Position numbers and translations under genes: made by a program. Source: an uncultured Petrotoga sp. (lineage in GTDB: Bacteria; Thermotogota; Thermotogae; Petrotogales; Petrotogaceae). From it: 34,641 nucleotides of DNA. This document shows, piece by piece, positions 26,090 through 34,601 of the stretch. Each line of letters begins with the position of its first letter. Position 1 is the stretch's first letter. The notes beneath the pieces were generated by a model. It ran no database searches. It was not told where the DNA came from and saw nothing but the letters and a program-made list of their open reading frames with translations. The stretch is taken from contig CALMRR010000368.1 of assembly GCA_937871925.1 (NCBI GenBank), forward strand, positions 1 to 34,641, written 5' to 3'.

Positions 26090-26118
26090 ATTATACTTTA
26101 TATATTGCAAGTGTGCAA
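26090..26118 (-). promoter_or_regulatory. Predicted sigma70-type promoter for the 121-aa XRE gene
   Basis: Minus-strand -35 TTGCAC (26118-26113), 17-nt spacer, -10 TATAAT (26095-26090). The -35 lies inside the inverted repeat TTGCA-N4-TGCAA (26105-26118). The predicted TSS is within about 5 nt of the GTG, so the mRNA would be nearly leaderless. Confidence 0.5.
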
Positions 26119-26147
26119 AAAGTAATTTAAAAGCTACAGATATTTAA

Positions 26148-26177
26148 TTGACTTGTTTTTCATAATTGCAATATAAT
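26148..26177 (+). promoter_or_regulatory. Predicted sigma70-type promoter for the 68-aa XRE gene
   Basis: -35 TTGACT (26148-26153), 18-nt spacer, -10 TATAAT (26172-26177). The palindrome ATTGCAAT (26165-26172) sits in the spacer and -10. Confidence 0.55.
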
Positions 26178-26229
26178 CAAAGTAAGAATTATTTAATAAT
26201 TGCATAATTATAGATGAAAGGAGGAAAAT

Positions 26230-26436
26230 ATGAGAAACAATCTTAAAACATTGAGAATACAGAAAAAGATGACTCTTGAAGACGTAGCTTTCAAATCCGG
26301 ACTTGCGTTTACAACCATATGGCGGATAGAAAAAGGGCAGATAGTTCCTACAATTTCTACATGTGCTAAAATTGCCGTTGCGTTAGGGGTAACTCTTGAT
26401 GATCTTTTTACTCTGGAGAGCATTAACGAAAAATAA
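26230..26436 (+). CDS. XRE-family HTH transcriptional regulator (cro-like, 68 aa)
   Basis: LKTLRIQKKMTLEDVAFKSGLAFTTIWRIEKGQIVPTISTCAKIAVALGVTLDDLF is an HTH_3 domain with almost no other sequence. RBS AAAGGAGG lies upstream. Confidence 0.85.
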   Translation: MRNNLKTLRIQKKMTLEDVAFKSGLAFTTIWRIEKGQIVPTISTCAKIAVALGVTLDDLFTLESINEK

Positions 26437-26478
26437 AGGACAAATTTTTATGGCCGATATTCTGCAGGGGGATGCAAA

Positions 26479-26718
26479 TTGAAAAGTACAGAAAAAAAAT
26501 ACTTTTCCAGAATTTCAAAAACATCTGATGAAAAAGACCTTTTTTTTACTGGAGATATACAAAAAAAGTATATGATTTTTTCTGAAAAAATCATATCAGA
26601 CCTGATATACTTAGTATATACACTTAAGGAAGAACTGTATACATGCTCCAAAATCAATGAAAAAATAAAATTATATTCTCAAAGAACAGAGAATATAATT
26701 AAAAAGATAAAATATTGA
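26479..26718 (+). CDS. Hypothetical 79-aa protein downstream of the cro-like gene
   Basis: TTG start 7 nt after AGGGGGA. Lys/Glu/Ile-rich and predicted helical, with no recognisable motif. Coding status is uncertain. Confidence 0.4.
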   Translation: MKSTEKKYFSRISKTSDEKDLFFTGDIQKKYMIFSEKIISDLIYLVYTLKEELYTCSKINEKIKLYSQRTENIIKKIKY

Positions 26719-26724
26719 GTATAA

Positions 26725-26973
26725 TTACAGACTTCTGAAAAAAAATCTGAGATCTTCTTTTTCCTGCTGTGAAAGCTTGTGCCAGCGCTTACCCTGCACG
26801 GCTCCTTCCAGTGCGAACAACATATTGATGCATGCTTGCCCCTCAATGTTCTTAATTTTTTTGAAAGCCTCCTTGCTTCCCGCATCAAGCAGCTCCGTAC
26901 TGTCATGTATCCCTACTCTTATAAGCAAAGTCTCAAGAACGGCTCCAATGTTATGCATTTCAGATAATTTCAA
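26725..26973 (-). CDS. TfoX C-terminal-domain protein
   Basis: 82 aa. L..NIG....E.L...GI.....L...GS.EAF.KI......C.N.L.ALEGA..G..W..L....K..L is the TfoX_C pattern. TTG start 7 nt after GGAGGTGG, with an extended -10 TGaTATAAT on the minus strand at 27017-27009. Confidence 0.75.
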   Translation of the reverse strand: MKLSEMHNIGAVLETLLIRVGIHDSTELLDAGSKEAFKKIKNIEGQACINMLFALEGAVQGKRWHKLSQQEKEDLRFFFRSL

Positions 26974-27081
26974 CTGAAAACCACCTCCGTGTGTTCTTTT
27001 CAGTGTAAATTATATCAAAATAGGCATTAATAAATCTCCTTTTTTGGTATAATGTGAATATGTATCATAAGTATTTCAGAC

Positions 27082-27095
27082 GTAACATATGTTAC
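27082..27095. promoter_or_regulatory. Perfect palindrome GTAACAT|ATGTTAC, a candidate CRP/FNR-family (HcpR-type) site for hcp
   Basis: The 14-bp exact inverted repeat is centred at 27088.5. A -10-like TATGAT at 27118-27123 implies a TSS near 27130, which puts the palindrome centre at about -41.5. Confidence 0.6.
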
Positions 27096-27117
27096 CGACA
27101 TAGTTGGCTTTTTTGGG

Positions 27118-27123
27118 TATGAT
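27118..27123 (+). promoter_or_regulatory. Candidate -10 hexamer (TATGAT) of the hcp promoter
   Basis: Its position relative to the palindrome and the AGGAGGTG RBS (27148-27155). A second, extended -10 (TGGTATAAT at 27045-27053) lies upstream. Confidence 0.4.
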
Positions 27124-27160
27124 TTGTTTGTAAAGCTAAAAACTATCAGGAGGTGAAAGT

Positions 27161-28825
27161 ATGTCTATGTTCTGTTATCAGTGCAGTGAGGCTGCCAACA
27201 ACACAGGTTGTACAATTCAGGGGGTATGCGGTAAAAGTGCTGATGTATCAAATCTTCAGGATATGCTTATCTGGGTTTTGAAAGGTATTTCTTACTATGC
27301 ACAAAGGGCCAGAGAGCTTGGTGCAAGTAATGAAAATGTCGATTTTTTTGTCATCCAGAGTCTTTTTACGACGATTACAAATGCCAATTTTGACCAGGAA
27401 AGGATGACAATGTTTATAGAAAGTGCTTTTCAAGCACGTAGGACAATAAAAGAGCTTTTTGAAAAGAAATATTTTGAAAAGTACGGCAAAGAGTTTACAG
27501 AAAATGTTCCACAGGCGGCAAGCTGGTATAAAGCCGGTGGTACTCCCATATATGAGCTCAAAGGTTCTGAAGTTGGAGTTCTTATGGACAATAATGAGGA
27601 CATAAGATCGCTGAAGTACTTTCTTATCTTTGGGTTAAAAGGAATAGCAGCCTATGCCGAACACGCATATGTTCTTGACAAGAGTGACTCAGGAATATTT
27701 GCATTTGTTGAAAAAGGCCTTGCAGCTACATTAAGAGAGGATATAACCGTTGATGAGCTCCTTGGTCTTATTATGGAGGCTGGTAAGATATCTGTCGATA
27801 CCATGGCGCTTCTTGATGGTGCTAATACAGGAACGTATGGAAAACAGGAAATAACCAAAGTGTTTACGGGAACATATGCAGCCCCCGCCATACTGGTCAG
27901 CGGACATGATCTGCGTGATCTTCATGAGCTGCTTGAACAGACCAAAGATAAAGGCATAAAAATATATACCCACGGAGAGATGCTGGCCTGCAATGCCTAC
28001 CCTGAGTTAAAAAAATATCCGCATCTTGCCGGAAACTTTGGCACCGCATGGTACAATCAGCAGAAGGAGTTTGAGGAGTTCGGAGGAGTCATACTGATGA
28101 CCACTAACTGTTTGGTAAAGCCAAGAGATTCATATGCGGGCAAGCTTTTCACCACAGGTGTTGTAGCATACCCTGGTATAGAGCACATTCAGGATAGGAA
28201 GCCTGCAGAGCAGAAGGATTTTTCAAGGGTTATAGCCAAAGCTCTTGAAACAGGTCCTATAAAAGCACGTGATGGAAAGTATATTACAATAGGCTTCGGT
28301 CATGACCAGATAGCCGCTGTGGCAGATAAGGTCGTTGATGCAGTCAAGACCGGCAAGATAAAAAAGTTTTTTGTTATGGGCGGCTGTGATGGAAGAAATC
28401 CATCCAGAAAGTACTATACCCAGTTTGCTCAGGAACTACCGAAGGATACGGTAATTCTTACGGCAGGATGTGCCAAGTACAGATATAATATGCTTGATCT
28501 GGGAGATATTGACGGAATACCGAGAGTTCTGGATGCCGGACAGTGCAATGATTCGTATTCTCTGGCAGTAACAGCACTGAAACTGAAAGAGGTGTTCGGA
28601 GTCGCAGATATAAATGACCTTCCGATAGAGTACAATATAGCCTGGTATGAACAGAAGGCAGTTGCGGTTCTGCTTGCCTTGCTCTACCTTGGTGTGAAAA
28701 ACATAAAGCTTGGTCCGGTTCTTCCGGCATTTCTATCACCGGCAGTGGCCAAAGTGGTAGTTGAAAAGTTTAATATTTCTCTTATAAATGATGTGCAAAG
28801 TGACATGGAACAAATGCTTAAATGA
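27161..28825 (+). CDS. hcp: Hybrid-cluster protein / hydroxylamine reductase
   Basis: N-terminal Cys cluster MFCYQCSEAANNTGCTIQGVCGK, 554 aa, with internal GGCDG and CAKYRY...AGQCND blocks typical of class-I Hcp. Confidence 0.95.
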   Translation: MSMFCYQCSEAANNTGCTIQGVCGKSADVSNLQDMLIWVLKGISYYAQRARELGASNENVDFFVIQSLFTTITNANFDQERMTMFIESAFQARRTIKELFEKKYFEKYGKEFTENVPQAASWYKAGGTPIYELKGSEVGVLMDNNEDIRSLKYFLIFGLKGIAAYAEHAYVLDKSDSGIFAFVEKGLAATLREDITVDELLGLIMEAGKISVDTMALLDGANTGTYGKQEITKVFTGTYAAPAILVSGHDLRDLHELLEQTKDKGIKIYTHGEMLACNAYPELKKYPHLAGNFGTAWYNQQKEFEEFGGVILMTTNCLVKPRDSYAGKLFTTGVVAYPGIEHIQDRKPAEQKDFSRVIAKALETGPIKARDGKYITIGFGHDQIAAVADKVVDAVKTGKIKKFFVMGGCDGRNPSRKYYTQFAQELPKDTVILTAGCAKYRYNMLDLGDIDGIPRVLDAGQCNDSYSLAVTALKLKEVFGVADINDLPIEYNIAWYEQKAVAVLLALLYLGVKNIKLGPVLPAFLSPAVAKVVVEKFNISLINDVQSDMEQMLK

Positions 28826-28851
28826 AAAAACCGGGTTATCCCGGTTTTTTT
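28825..28851 (+). terminator. Intrinsic terminator after hcp
   Basis: AAAAAACCGGG ttat CCCGGTTTTTT directly after the stop codon. Confidence 0.8.
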
Positions 28852-28940
28852 CTTTTTTATCGGATGTGGTATAATATAGGTATATATAAGTATATCTTGT
28901 TTTGAAATAAAAGAGTGTCACTTAATACGTAGGTGTGATT

Positions 28941-28949
28941 TGGTATAAT
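28941..28949 (+). promoter_or_regulatory. Extended -10 element TGGTATAAT upstream of the glycosyltransferase operon
   Basis: TGGTATAAT at 28941-28949, with a second copy at 28867-28875. The same 9-mer is also at 27045-27053. Confidence 0.5.
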
Positions 28950-28997
28950 TATAAAAGATGTTTCCAAAAATTTTATAAAACTTTCGGAGAGAATCCA

Positions 28998-30119
28998 ATG
29001 AAAAAAAATGAAAAGAAAACCATCCTTATAATAGGTTATACCCATCCTAAGCACGATAAAAGAGTAATCCGTACTGTTGAAAGTCTTTGCAAGTATTACA
29101 ATGTTTTCTACCAGTATGCTGTAGCCCCTGGGGAAAAAGATTCTGGACAGGAAGATATTTTGGGAGGTAATGTAAAGTTTTTACCCTTGATATTTGATCA
29201 AGCGCAAGAAAACACCGTATTAAAAAAACTCACATCAAGACGTCCGTTTGATAAACAAATACTTTTGATCATAAAAAGCAGAAAGTGGGATGTGATATAC
29301 TTTCATCATTTCTGCCAGACCTTTCCCGTTGCAGCTTTTAAGCTGGCAAGAAAAAATTCGGATAAAATAATATATGATGTACATGAAAACCATCCGGAAA
29401 ATTTTTTAAATACTCTCCATGGAGCAGTGAAAAAGATAAAAGAATTTTTTATGTGGAAGGTTTTTAAAAAACAACTTATTTTATCAGATAAGCTTGTATT
29501 GCTTTCCGAGGACTTCAAAAAAGAGGTATTTTCAAAAACTGAAGTGGAAAAGCCATATTTTATCATGCCCAACTATGCCTGCATGAAAGCAGCGAATGTA
29601 AAAAAAGAAAAAACCGTGGTTTATGTCGGCAAAATAACCAGAGGATTTGAAAGTGAGATTGAAATAATAAAAGAGCTTATTAAAAACGGGTTTAAATTCA
29701 GAGTCATAGGAGCAAAAAATGAAGCCTTTAATACGATAGAGCATGAATGTACAGGCTTTCTTCCTTACGGCATGATGATGCAACAGCTTTCCAAAGCTTC
29801 TTTTTCGATTGTTTCATACAGTACTGTTTCAGATCCAAGATATATGAACGATATTCTTTCTCTTCCCCACAAGTATTATGACTCTCTGGCGGCAGGAACC
29901 CCGGTTATTGTAAAAAATTCTTTTACCACTATGTGCAAGGAGGTGCGCAGGTATGGATGCGGTGTTATCATAGACGTCCATGATGTGCAGGCAAGCACAA
30001 AAGAAATTCTTAAAGCATACGATAACTATGGCTCTTTACAGCAAAATCTTATAAACTGTATTGATAATTTTGTCTGGGATAAGGAAAAGGAAGAACAGTT
30101 TATAAATTTTATAATTTAA
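28998..30119 (+). CDS. Glycosyltransferase (GT-B fold, GT1/GT4-like)
   Basis: The N-terminus KKTILIIGYTHPKHDKR and the overall size are GT-B-like. The GGAGAG RBS favours the ATG at 28998 over the track start at 28935. Assignment is by general shape and context, so family confidence is moderate. Confidence 0.6.
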   Translation: MKKNEKKTILIIGYTHPKHDKRVIRTVESLCKYYNVFYQYAVAPGEKDSGQEDILGGNVKFLPLIFDQAQENTVLKKLTSRRPFDKQILLIIKSRKWDVIYFHHFCQTFPVAAFKLARKNSDKIIYDVHENHPENFLNTLHGAVKKIKEFFMWKVFKKQLILSDKLVLLSEDFKKEVFSKTEVEKPYFIMPNYACMKAANVKKEKTVVYVGKITRGFESEIEIIKELIKNGFKFRVIGAKNEAFNTIEHECTGFLPYGMMMQQLSKASFSIVSYSTVSDPRYMNDILSLPHKYYDSLAAGTPVIVKNSFTTMCKEVRRYGCGVIIDVHDVQASTKEILKAYDNYGSLQQNLINCIDNFVWDKEKEEQFINFII

Positions 30120-30203
30120 TCATGCGTTATTCTAAAATGAATATACTTATATTAAAATAAATATATATATTATTTTTAAAAGCTTATTTTTAAGAGGTGT
30201 ACA

Positions 30204-31358
30204 ATGAAGATTCTTTTAGCCAGCAGCGAAATGCTGGACAAAGACTGCCCAAGCAACGAAAGCGTTCGGATAATGAACCTCGAAAAGGGATTAAGGGAGA
30301 ATGAGAATACTGTTGAAACATGTTTTTACAAAACACCGGAAGATCTTTTTTCAAAGCTGAAAAGTAAAATAATAAAAAATGAGAGCTTTGAAAAAAATGT
30401 TCTTCAGATAAAAAACAGCTTCAAAAAAGTTGATGTTCAGGGGTATGAAGTTATAAACCCACATGATGTTGTATGCGCCGGAGGTTTCAGCGGAAATATG
30501 ATACTATCGGTCAGCGGATATTTTTCCAGGGAGGTCATAGCCCAAAGCAATGCCGATAAAAAAAAGAAGCTTGAACTCTACGATGCCGCTATGTCAGTGG
30601 AGAAGTCAGCTATAATGAAGTCCAAGGCTATAATTGCATGCAGCCGTAAATTAAAAGGCTATATAAGCGGTGTTTTTAAGTATCCGGAAGAAAAAATATA
30701 TGTTGTAGGTAATTCTGTTGACAGCGATATGTTCTCTCCGGCAGAAAAAGATAAGGTAAATTCAATACGTGATGAGTTTTCTTTTGACAAGGACAAGTTC
30801 ATGATCCTTATTCCAAGAATAAAAAAAGTACCCGACAATATAGACAAGCTTTGCCGGATAATAGATTCCCAAAAGATTAATGATGCTTTTTATGTTTTTT
30901 GCGGATGGGAAGATCTCAAAAGCACCATAGAAGAAAAAATCTTAAATAAAAACAGATGCTATTTTGTAGGTGAAAGCTTGATCGAACAACAGGCAGATCT
31001 ATACAGAGCCAGTGATTTTGTGCTTGATACATCTGTCTATTCTGATATAGCTGAAATAAACGACGGACAGGTTCCGCCGGCAGCACTTAAAGCGCTTTCC
31101 AGCGGTGTAGTCTATGTATGTCTGAAAAACGATACCTACGAAGAAAATTTTGTGGACGGACAGAATATGATAATGCTCAAAGATTTTGAAAAAGAGGTTT
31201 TTGAACTTGTGTATCAGAAACTTACCACTGCAGGTAATTTTATGGAGGATATCGGCAGAAATGCCAGAAAATTAGTACTTTCTGATGAAAAAGATTATTC
31301 TCACTACACTAATGCCAAGAAGTACGGTAAAATCTTCGAATATGCAATTACTCTTTAA
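30204..31358 (+). CDS. Glycosyltransferase (GT-B fold, GT4-like, divergent)
   Basis: MKILLASSE... N-terminus, an IYVVGNSVD block, and a C-terminal half with LYRASDFVLDTS. AAGAGGTG RBS. Divergent, with the donor-binding motif only partly recognisable. Confidence 0.55.
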   Translation: MKILLASSEMLDKDCPSNESVRIMNLEKGLRENENTVETCFYKTPEDLFSKLKSKIIKNESFEKNVLQIKNSFKKVDVQGYEVINPHDVVCAGGFSGNMILSVSGYFSREVIAQSNADKKKKLELYDAAMSVEKSAIMKSKAIIACSRKLKGYISGVFKYPEEKIYVVGNSVDSDMFSPAEKDKVNSIRDEFSFDKDKFMILIPRIKKVPDNIDKLCRIIDSQKINDAFYVFCGWEDLKSTIEEKILNKNRCYFVGESLIEQQADLYRASDFVLDTSVYSDIAEINDGQVPPAALKALSSGVVYVCLKNDTYEENFVDGQNMIMLKDFEKEVFELVYQKLTTAGNFMEDIGRNARKLVLSDEKDYSHYTNAKKYGKIFEYAITL

Positions 31359-31373
31359 CAAGGATGTGAGGCT

Positions 31374-32360
31374 ATGTCCGAATTAAGGTGGAATCCATTG
31401 CTGAGAACCTATACAATGGTTGCTTCAAACAGACAGGCCAGACCGGATATGCCCAAAGACTGGTGTCCGTTCTGTCCGGGCGAGGGAAAAAAAGTACCGC
31501 CGGACTATGAGGTATTTTCTTACGACAATGATTTCCCTGCTCTGAAGCTTTCTCCCGATGAAATGACGGTAAAAAGCACCGGGATATACAATGCTGTTCA
31601 AAACTATGGAAAATGCGAAGTTATACTGTATTCCCCGGATCATAACGCAAAATTGTATGAACTTTCGCAGGAACATATAGTAAAGCTTATTCATTTATGG
31701 AAAGACAGATTTATAGAGCTTTCAAAAGATGAAAAGATAAAGTATATTTTCGAATTTGAAAACAGAGGGGAAGAAGTGGGAGTTACAATGCCCCATCCAC
31801 ACGGACAACTGTACGCATATCCATGGATTCCGCTGAAAATAAAAACCGAGCTTGACAGCTGCTGCGACTACTATAATGAGCATAGTAAATGCCTTATATG
31901 CTCTATGAACGATGAAGAAAAAGAGTTCGGTGAAAGAGTTATCTTCGAAAACAGTTCATTTATGGCATATCTTCCTTTTTTTACGGACTATCCATATGGA
32001 GTATTTATAACCAGCAAACGTCATATAGACAGTTTTGTAGGTTTTATGCAAAAGGAAGAAGAAGATCTTGCCGATATCCTTAAAAATATTACAGGTGCTT
32101 TTGATAACCTTTTTGACAGACCTTTTCCGTATATGATGTGTATACATCAGTCACCTGTAAATTCAGAATGGGAGTATAAAGACAACAGTCGGTACTTTCA
32201 CTTTCATATCGAATTTTACACACCGCTCAGAGATAAAAAAAGAATAAAATGGTATGCATCCTCCGAGATGGGAGGCTGGGCTGCAGCCAACACCATGAAT
32301 GTCGAGGACTCAGCCAAAGACCTAAGAGCTGCGCTTGAAAAATTTCTGAAAAAACGATAA
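31374..32360 (+). CDS. galT: Galactose-1-phosphate uridylyltransferase (class I, HIT superfamily)
   Basis: Zn site WCPFCPG and active-site GVTMPHPHGQLYA (HxHxQ). 328 aa. The family also contains nucleotide-sugar phosphorylases, so the exact activity is not certain. Confidence 0.85.
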   Translation: MSELRWNPLLRTYTMVASNRQARPDMPKDWCPFCPGEGKKVPPDYEVFSYDNDFPALKLSPDEMTVKSTGIYNAVQNYGKCEVILYSPDHNAKLYELSQEHIVKLIHLWKDRFIELSKDEKIKYIFEFENRGEEVGVTMPHPHGQLYAYPWIPLKIKTELDSCCDYYNEHSKCLICSMNDEEKEFGERVIFENSSFMAYLPFFTDYPYGVFITSKRHIDSFVGFMQKEEEDLADILKNITGAFDNLFDRPFPYMMCIHQSPVNSEWEYKDNSRYFHFHIEFYTPLRDKKRIKWYASSEMGGWAAANTMNVEDSAKDLRAALEKFLKKR

Positions 32361-32380
32361 GCCGCCGTAGGGCGGCTTTT
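32359..32380 (+). terminator. Intrinsic terminator after galT
   Basis: AAGCCGCC gtag GGCGGCTTTT overlapping the stop codon. Confidence 0.8.
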
Positions 32381-32415
32381 ATATAGCTTTTATAAAAAAT
32401 AAAGGAGAGGATCAG

Positions 32416-34528
32416 GTGTTAAAAAATCTTAAACTCAGAACAAAGCTTTTCTTACTCATACTTTTACCGGTAGTAATTGTCATTACTGTAGTATTTTTGT
32501 TTATAGGAATAAACACATATACTGTCAGCCTTAAGAATGCTGAAAATATCGGTCGCGTCAAGAGCCTTGAACTTTCTTACATGTTGAGCGAGTATATGAA
32601 CGAAGTGTTTTCAAATGCAAGGAGTATTTCAGGACTGATACAGGCAATGAAGGAAAACAATAACCAGGACAGAAGCATTGTAAATATGACTATGAAAAAA
32701 CTCCTGGAAAAAAATGCAGAGTACTTCGGTATTTATGCTCTTTTTGAACCGGATTCCTTTGACGGAATTGACAGAGAGTATGCACTGAAAGAATCATACG
32801 ATGAAACAGGTGTGTTCAGCGTGTACCATTACCGTGACGGTTCGCAGGTCAAAACCAAAACTCTGGATAATTACTCCCAGAGGCAGAGCTTTGACTGGTA
32901 TTGGATACCTTATTCCACAAAAAACGAGAGCATAATAGAGCCATATCTTGATACACTCTACGGTAAAAAAATACTCATGACCACAGTTGCAGTTCCGGTT
33001 TTATACGATGGAAAATCAATCGGAGTTGTAGGAATAGACCTTACTTTTGACAAGCTAATATCAATGAATAAAAATATTTCTCTTTATGAAACCGGATTCG
33101 GCAGGATAATGACTAACAGCGGAACTATAGTTGCGCACCCGCAGGAAAAAGCGTTGTTTTTGCCTGCAAAAGAGATAAAAGAAGAGGAAAACTTTGCAGC
33201 AATAACCGAAAGAATGAATAAAAATGAAGTCTTTTCAGTCTTTTCAGCCTCGCAGAGTTCAGACAAGCAGGTATTTGCAAGCTATGTTCCTGTTTTCCTT
33301 GGAAACAGTACCAAGCCTTGGATTGTCGGAGTTATTGTAGAAAGAAGCGAAATGCTTGAGGATCTTTACAGCCAGATAACAGTATTTACCGTTTCGCTTG
33401 TTGTGGCGGTTAGCGTAATCATGCTTGTAATAATAATTGTATCCGTTCTCATAAGCCGTTCCGTGTCAAGCGCCTCAAAAATAGCGGACTCTATATCAAA
33501 CTACAATCTCAGGACAGAGATTCCAAAGCATTTCCTGATTCGAAAAGATGAGATAGGAGTACTTATAAACTCATTGAATAAGATGCAGCAAGAGCTTAAG
33601 GTAATTGTCAGAGATATATCAGAAAAATCTGAAACTGTTGATAAAAACTCTGAAGCACTTTCGCTTACCTCAAAAGCCATGGCTGCCTCAAGCGAGGATC
33701 TTGCAGTAAGAATGCAGCACATAGCCCAGGGAGCTTCTGATCAGGCACAGGAACTTTCACAGATAGTCAAATCTCTCGAAGAGTTTGACAGGAATATGGA
33801 AAAAGCCTTTTGTGAACTGGAAAGTGTTGGAAAAGAATCTAGAAATGCAAACGAAAAGGCTGTAACAGGGAAAAAAGAGATGGACAGCCTTATAGGATCG
33901 ATAGAAGAAATAAAAAAAGCCTTTGAAACGGTAAACGGTAAAGTTCAGCAGCTTCAAAGCTCTGTAAGCGAGATAAGTGGAATAACGCAGATAATATCTT
34001 CAATTACCGAACAGACCAATCTTCTGGCGCTTAATGCAGCAATAGAAGCCGCAAGAGCCGGTGAAGCCGGAAAAGGCTTCAGCGTTGTTGCCGATGAGAT
34101 AAGAAAACTTAGAAGAATCAAAGGCTTCAACAGTAAAGATAGTTGAACTTGTAAGCTCAATTAATAGCGATACAAGCGAACTGAGAGATACATCAAAAAA
34201 TGTCGAAAAGTTTGTCAACCAGCAGACACTGTCCGTTGAAAACACTGTTCTGTCTTTTGCACAGATACTTACAGCGGTACAGAAGGTTGATCCGTTGATT
34301 CAGAAAACCTCGTCATCTATGGACGAAATAGTGAGATCAAAAGAAGAGATACTTAGAAAGGCCGAAAAAATAAATACGATTACCCAGGAAAACAGTGCCT
34401 CTACAGAAGAAGCATCTTCTAGCTCCCAGGAACTTTCAGCTTCATCGCAGGAGATAGCCGCTATGTCAGGCAGTCTGAATGAAGTTGCAGACAGGATGAT
34501 ACAAACAGTCAAAAAATTTAGTACATAA
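32416..34528 (+). pseudogene. Methyl-accepting chemotaxis protein (double-Cache-type sensor), reading frame broken at ~34111
   Basis: Frame 1 reads ...[34 protein letters not shown], then [11 protein letters not shown]-stop. Frame 2 continues from 34112 without a stop as [16 protein letters not shown]...[15 protein letters not shown]... to 34528. In the intact paralog (22935..24644) the junction is [10 protein letters not shown]. Here AAA CTT A GAA GAA lacks two bases of the Ala codon. Confidence 0.85.
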
Positions 34529-34581
34529 TAAAAAACAGTTAATTAATGTATATCCTTTCTGAAAAAGATTTATGAAAGCTG

Positions 34582-34599
34582 CCGGCGCATATGCGCCGG
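34582..34599. terminator. Bidirectional terminator palindrome CCGGCGCATATGCGCCGG
   Basis: Perfect 18-bp palindrome followed by TTTT, between the MCP end and a convergent ORF end. Confidence 0.65.
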
Positions 34600-34601
34600 T
34601 T

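Noticed and set aside
22788-26973. tRNA-Arg as an integration site for an island containing the XRE switch
   Set aside because: I found no direct repeat of the tRNA 3' end downstream and no integrase or recombinase. A housekeeping-type MCP lies between the tRNA and the XRE pair.
26679-26977. ORFs 26679..26906 (-), 26777..26977 (+) and 26779..26967 (+)
   Set aside because: They overlap the TfoX_C gene in other frames or on the other strand. Only the 26725..26973 frame shows a recognisable domain and an RBS.
28935-28997. Track start for the first glycosyltransferase (MIWYNYKRCFQKF...)
   Set aside because: That start has no RBS and overlaps the predicted TGGTATAAT promoter. The ATG at 28998 follows GGAGAG and gives a typical MKKNEKKTILIIGY N-terminus.
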